DNA from: Candidatus Saccharimonadota bacterium | GTDB taxonomy: Bacteria; Pseudomonadota; Gammaproteobacteria; Enterobacterales; Enterobacteriaceae | DNA: 32,000 bases | NCBI RefSeq assembly: GCF_012562765.1 | Contig: NZ_CP046226.1 | Span: forward strand, 180,001 to 212,000 | Direction of reading: 5' to 3' | Shown here: in pieces, positions 29,470 through 32,000 of the stretch | Numbering within the stretch: the first letter of the stretch is position 1 | Layout of the letters: every line of letters starts with the position of its first letter | Translations under genes and position numbers: made by a program | The notes under the pieces: model-generated | The model's database searches: none | What the model was told of the DNA's origin: nothing | The model's input: only the letters and a program-made list of their open reading frames with translations

Positions 29470-32000
29470 TTATAAATTTTTAATTAATGTTTTATGAATT
29501 TCCTGTAAAGAAAATATTCTTTTTTTAGGATTTATATTCATAGCTAATATTGTAGCAATAGAACCATTAATTGTTGTATCACAATGTATACCTTGTTCTA
29601 AAGCAATAATTCTAATAAGTTTAGATTTTTCAATAGAACTTTTATTTGATGTAGTATTAATAATATAATTATACTGTTTATTTTTTATAAAATCTATAAT
29701 ATTAGGTGATTTTTCTGTTATTTTTCTTACAATATTAACTTTAATATTTTTACTTTTTAAAAAGCAAGCTGTACCTTTAGTAGCATCAATATTTAAACCA
29801 TATTTTATTAATTGTTTTACTAATGGAATAATTAAAATTTTATCTTGATTTTTAACAGAAATTAATACTGATCCAATTTTTTTTATATTTATATTTATAC
29901 TTAACATTGCTTTAGCAAAAGCTTCTTCAAAAGAATATCCAATACCCATTACTTCTCCTGTTGAATGCATTTCAGGTCCTAAAATTGGATCTACACCATG
30001 AAATTTATTAAATGGTAATACCACTTCTTTAACAGAAAAATAATAAGGAATTATTTCTTTATTGATTTTTAAATCAAGTAAAGATTTTCCTACCATTACT
30101 AATGTACTTATTTTTGCTAAAGGTATACCTATAGCTTTTGATATAAATGGAATAGTACGTGAAGCTCTAGGATTTACTTCTATTAAATAAATTTCGTTAT
30201 CTTTAATAGCAAATTGTACATTTAATAAACCACAAATATTAATTGCTATAGCTAATTTTTTTACTTGAGATCTAATTTTATTTAAAATAATATTACTAAT
30301 ATTTTTTGTTGGTAAAGAACAAGCAGAATCACCAGAATGTATACCAGCTTGTTCTACATGTTCCATTATACCACCAATAAAAACATTTTTTCCATCACAA
30401 ATAGCATCTACATCAACTTCTATTGCATTATCTAAAAACTTATCTAATAAAACAGGAGTATTATTTTTATTATAATATTTTTTTAAATCATTAATATTAT
30501 ATATTAATTCCATTGCTCTACCACCTAATACATAGGATGGTCTAATTACTATAGGATAACCAATTATTTCAGATTTTTTTATTGCTTCGTTTAAATTATA
30601 AACTATAAAATTTTCTGGTTGTTTTAATTTTAATAAATTAACTATATTTTGAAATTTTTTTCTATTTTCAGCTTTATCAATAGAATCAGAACTTGTTCCT
30701 ATAATTTTTATTCCTTGTTTTTCTAGTAATTTAGCTAAATTTAATGGAGTTTGTCCACCATATTGAACAATAACACCTTTAGGTTTTTCAATTCTAATAA
30801 TTTCTAATATATCTTCTAAAGTAATTGGTTCAAAATATAAACGATCTGAAATATCATAATCAGTAGAAACTGTTTCAGGATTACAATTAACCATAATAGT
30901 TTCAAAATTATTCTCACGTAATGCTATAGCAGCATGGACACAACAATAATCAAATTCTATTCCTTGACCAATTCTATTAGGACCACTTCCTAAAATTATA
31001 ATTTTATTTTTATTATTACTAGGATTAGATTCACATTCTATTGCATATGTAGAATATATATATGCAGTATTAGTTTCAAATTCTGCTGCACATGTATCAA
31101 CTCTTTTATATACTGGATGTAAATTATGATTATAACGTAAATTACGGACTTTTGTTTCAGAAATATGTAATAAATCAGCTATTCTAGAATCTGAAAAACC
31201 CATTTTTTTTAAATTAAAAAAATATATTTTATCCTTTAAGCAATTTATACCTAAAGATTTTATTTTATTTTCAATAGTAATTATTTCTTTAATTTGAGAT
31301 AAAAACCAAGGATCTATTTTAGAATAGTAAGAAATATCATTTATTGACATATCTAATCTAAAAGCATCAGCTATAAATCTAATTCTATCTGGTCCAGGTT
31401 TCTTTAATTCTTCTATAAGAAAATTTAAAATTTGTTTATTTAAATTTTTTATTTTAGGGGTAAAACCATTAATTCCTATTTCTAAACTACGTAAAGCTTT
31501 TTGAATAGATTCCTGAAAAGTTCTTCCTATAGACATAACTTCTCCTACTGATTTCATTTGTGTAGATAATCTATTACTAGCTCCAATAAATTTTTCAAAA
31601 TTAAATCTTGGTATTTTTGTAACTACATAGTCAATAGTAGGCTCAAAAGAAGCTGAAATTTTTTTATTAGTTATATCATTCATTAATTCATCTAAAGTAT
31701 ATCCTACAGATAATTTTGCTGATATCTTTGCTATAGGAAATCCGGTTGCTTTGGAAGCTAAAGCTGATGATCGTGATACACGAGGATTCATTTCAATTAC
31801 GACTAATTTACCATTTTTAGGATTAACAGCAAATTGTACATTAGAACCACCTGATTCTATTCCTATTTCTTGCATAATTAATATGGAAGCATTTCTCATT
31901 ATCTGATATTCTTTATCAGATAAAGTTTGTGCTGGTGCTACAGTGATAGAATCACCAGTATGAATACCCATAGAATCAATATTTTCAATTGAACATATAA
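29470..32000 (-). CDS. carB: Carbamoyl-phosphate synthase large subunit, C-terminal about 840 codons (5' end beyond the window; the frame stays open to position 32000)
   Basis: (CSIENIDS)[29 protein letters not shown] and [25 protein letters not shown] are essentially identical to E. coli CarB. A second ATP-grasp half ([37 protein letters not shown]) and the C-terminal MGS-like allosteric domain are present. Confidence 0.96.
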   Translation of the reverse strand, partial: ICSIENIDSMGIHTGDSITVAPAQTLSDKEYQIMRNASILIMQEIGIESGGSNVQFAVNPKNGKLVVIEMNPRVSRSSALASKATGFPIAKISAKLSVGYTLDELMNDITNKKISASFEPTIDYVVTKIPRFNFEKFIGASNRLSTQMKSVGEVMSIGRTFQESIQKALRSLEIGINGFTPKIKNLNKQILNFLIEELKKPGPDRIRFIADAFRLDMSINDISYYSKIDPWFLSQIKEIITIENKIKSLGINCLKDKIYFFNLKKMGFSDSRIADLLHISETKVRNLRYNHNLHPVYKRVDTCAAEFETNTAYIYSTYAIECESNPSNNKNKIIILGSGPNRIGQGIEFDYCCVHAAIALRENNFETIMVNCNPETVSTDYDISDRLYFEPITLEDILEIIRIEKPKGVIVQYGGQTPLNLAKLLEKQGIKIIGTSSDSIDKAENRKKFQNIVNLLKLKQPENFIVYNLNEAIKKSEIIGYPIVIRPSYVLGGRAMELIYNINDLKKYYNKNNTPVLLDKFLDNAIEVDVDAICDGKNVFIGGIMEHVEQAGIHSGDSACSLPTKNISNIILNKIRSQVKKLAIAINICGLLNVQFAIKDNEIYLIEVNPRASRTIPFISKAIGIPLAKISTLVMVGKSLLDLKINKEIIPYYFSVKEVVLPFNKFHGVDPILGPEMHSTGEVMGIGYSFEEAFAKAMLSININIKKIGSVLISVKNQDKILIIPLVKQLIKYGLNIDATKGTACFLKSKNIKVNIVRKITEKSPNIIDFIKNKQYNYIINTTSNKSSIEKSKLIRIIALEQGIHCDTTINGSIATILAMNINPKKRIFSLQEIHKTLIKNL

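Overview
This window is extremely A+T-rich (by eye at least about 80% A+T, with intergenic DNA almost pure A/T), gene-dense, and free of mobile DNA. That is the signature of a strongly reduced, Enterobacterales-derived obligate (insect-type) endosymbiont chromosome of Buchnera/Blochmannia/Wigglesworthia grade. The species cannot be determined from the sequence alone.

All 29 long ORFs belong to well-known housekeeping families. In window order they are: secD(partial)-secF; rsmC, apaH, apaG, rsmA/ksgA, surA (minus strand); djlA; acpS, era, rnc, lepB, lepA (minus); prlC; then rlmB, purA, hflC, hflK, miaA, mutL, tRNA-Gly(GCC), orn, efp, groEL, groES (all minus); dcuA and tRNA-Phe(GAA) (plus); fabA; ompA; ygfZ; carB (partial, runs off the 3' edge). 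The standard genetic code applies: Trp is TGG and the stops checked are TAA.

I found no candidate novel multi-gene system, defence island, CRISPR array, prophage, IS element or toxin-antitoxin pair, and I say so plainly rather than force one. The second-look items are all signatures of reductive evolution:
- HflK and HflC are both cut off just after their SPFH domains and are followed by unusually long spacers.
- An ancestral dcuA-to-rlmB chromosome segment is compacted without rearrangement.
- The conserved slots for pdxA, pdxJ, recO, lptD, hfq/hflX, rnr and epmB are empty.
- The DjlA linker has been replaced by an Asn/Tyr tract encoded by a 12-nt tandem repeat.
- A G+C-containing sigma32-type promoter is retained upstream of a strikingly conserved groESL.
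- dcuA is retained without aspA.
- Gene junctions are extremely tight: tRNA-Gly lies 23 bp from the mutL ATG, and there are two convergent junctions only 1 nt apart.
- A10-A11 homopolymers occur inside coding regions.
- tRNA-Phe is slightly degenerate and has no encoded CCA.

Comparisons to E. coli K-12 gene order, protein lengths and sequences come from memory and should be verified.
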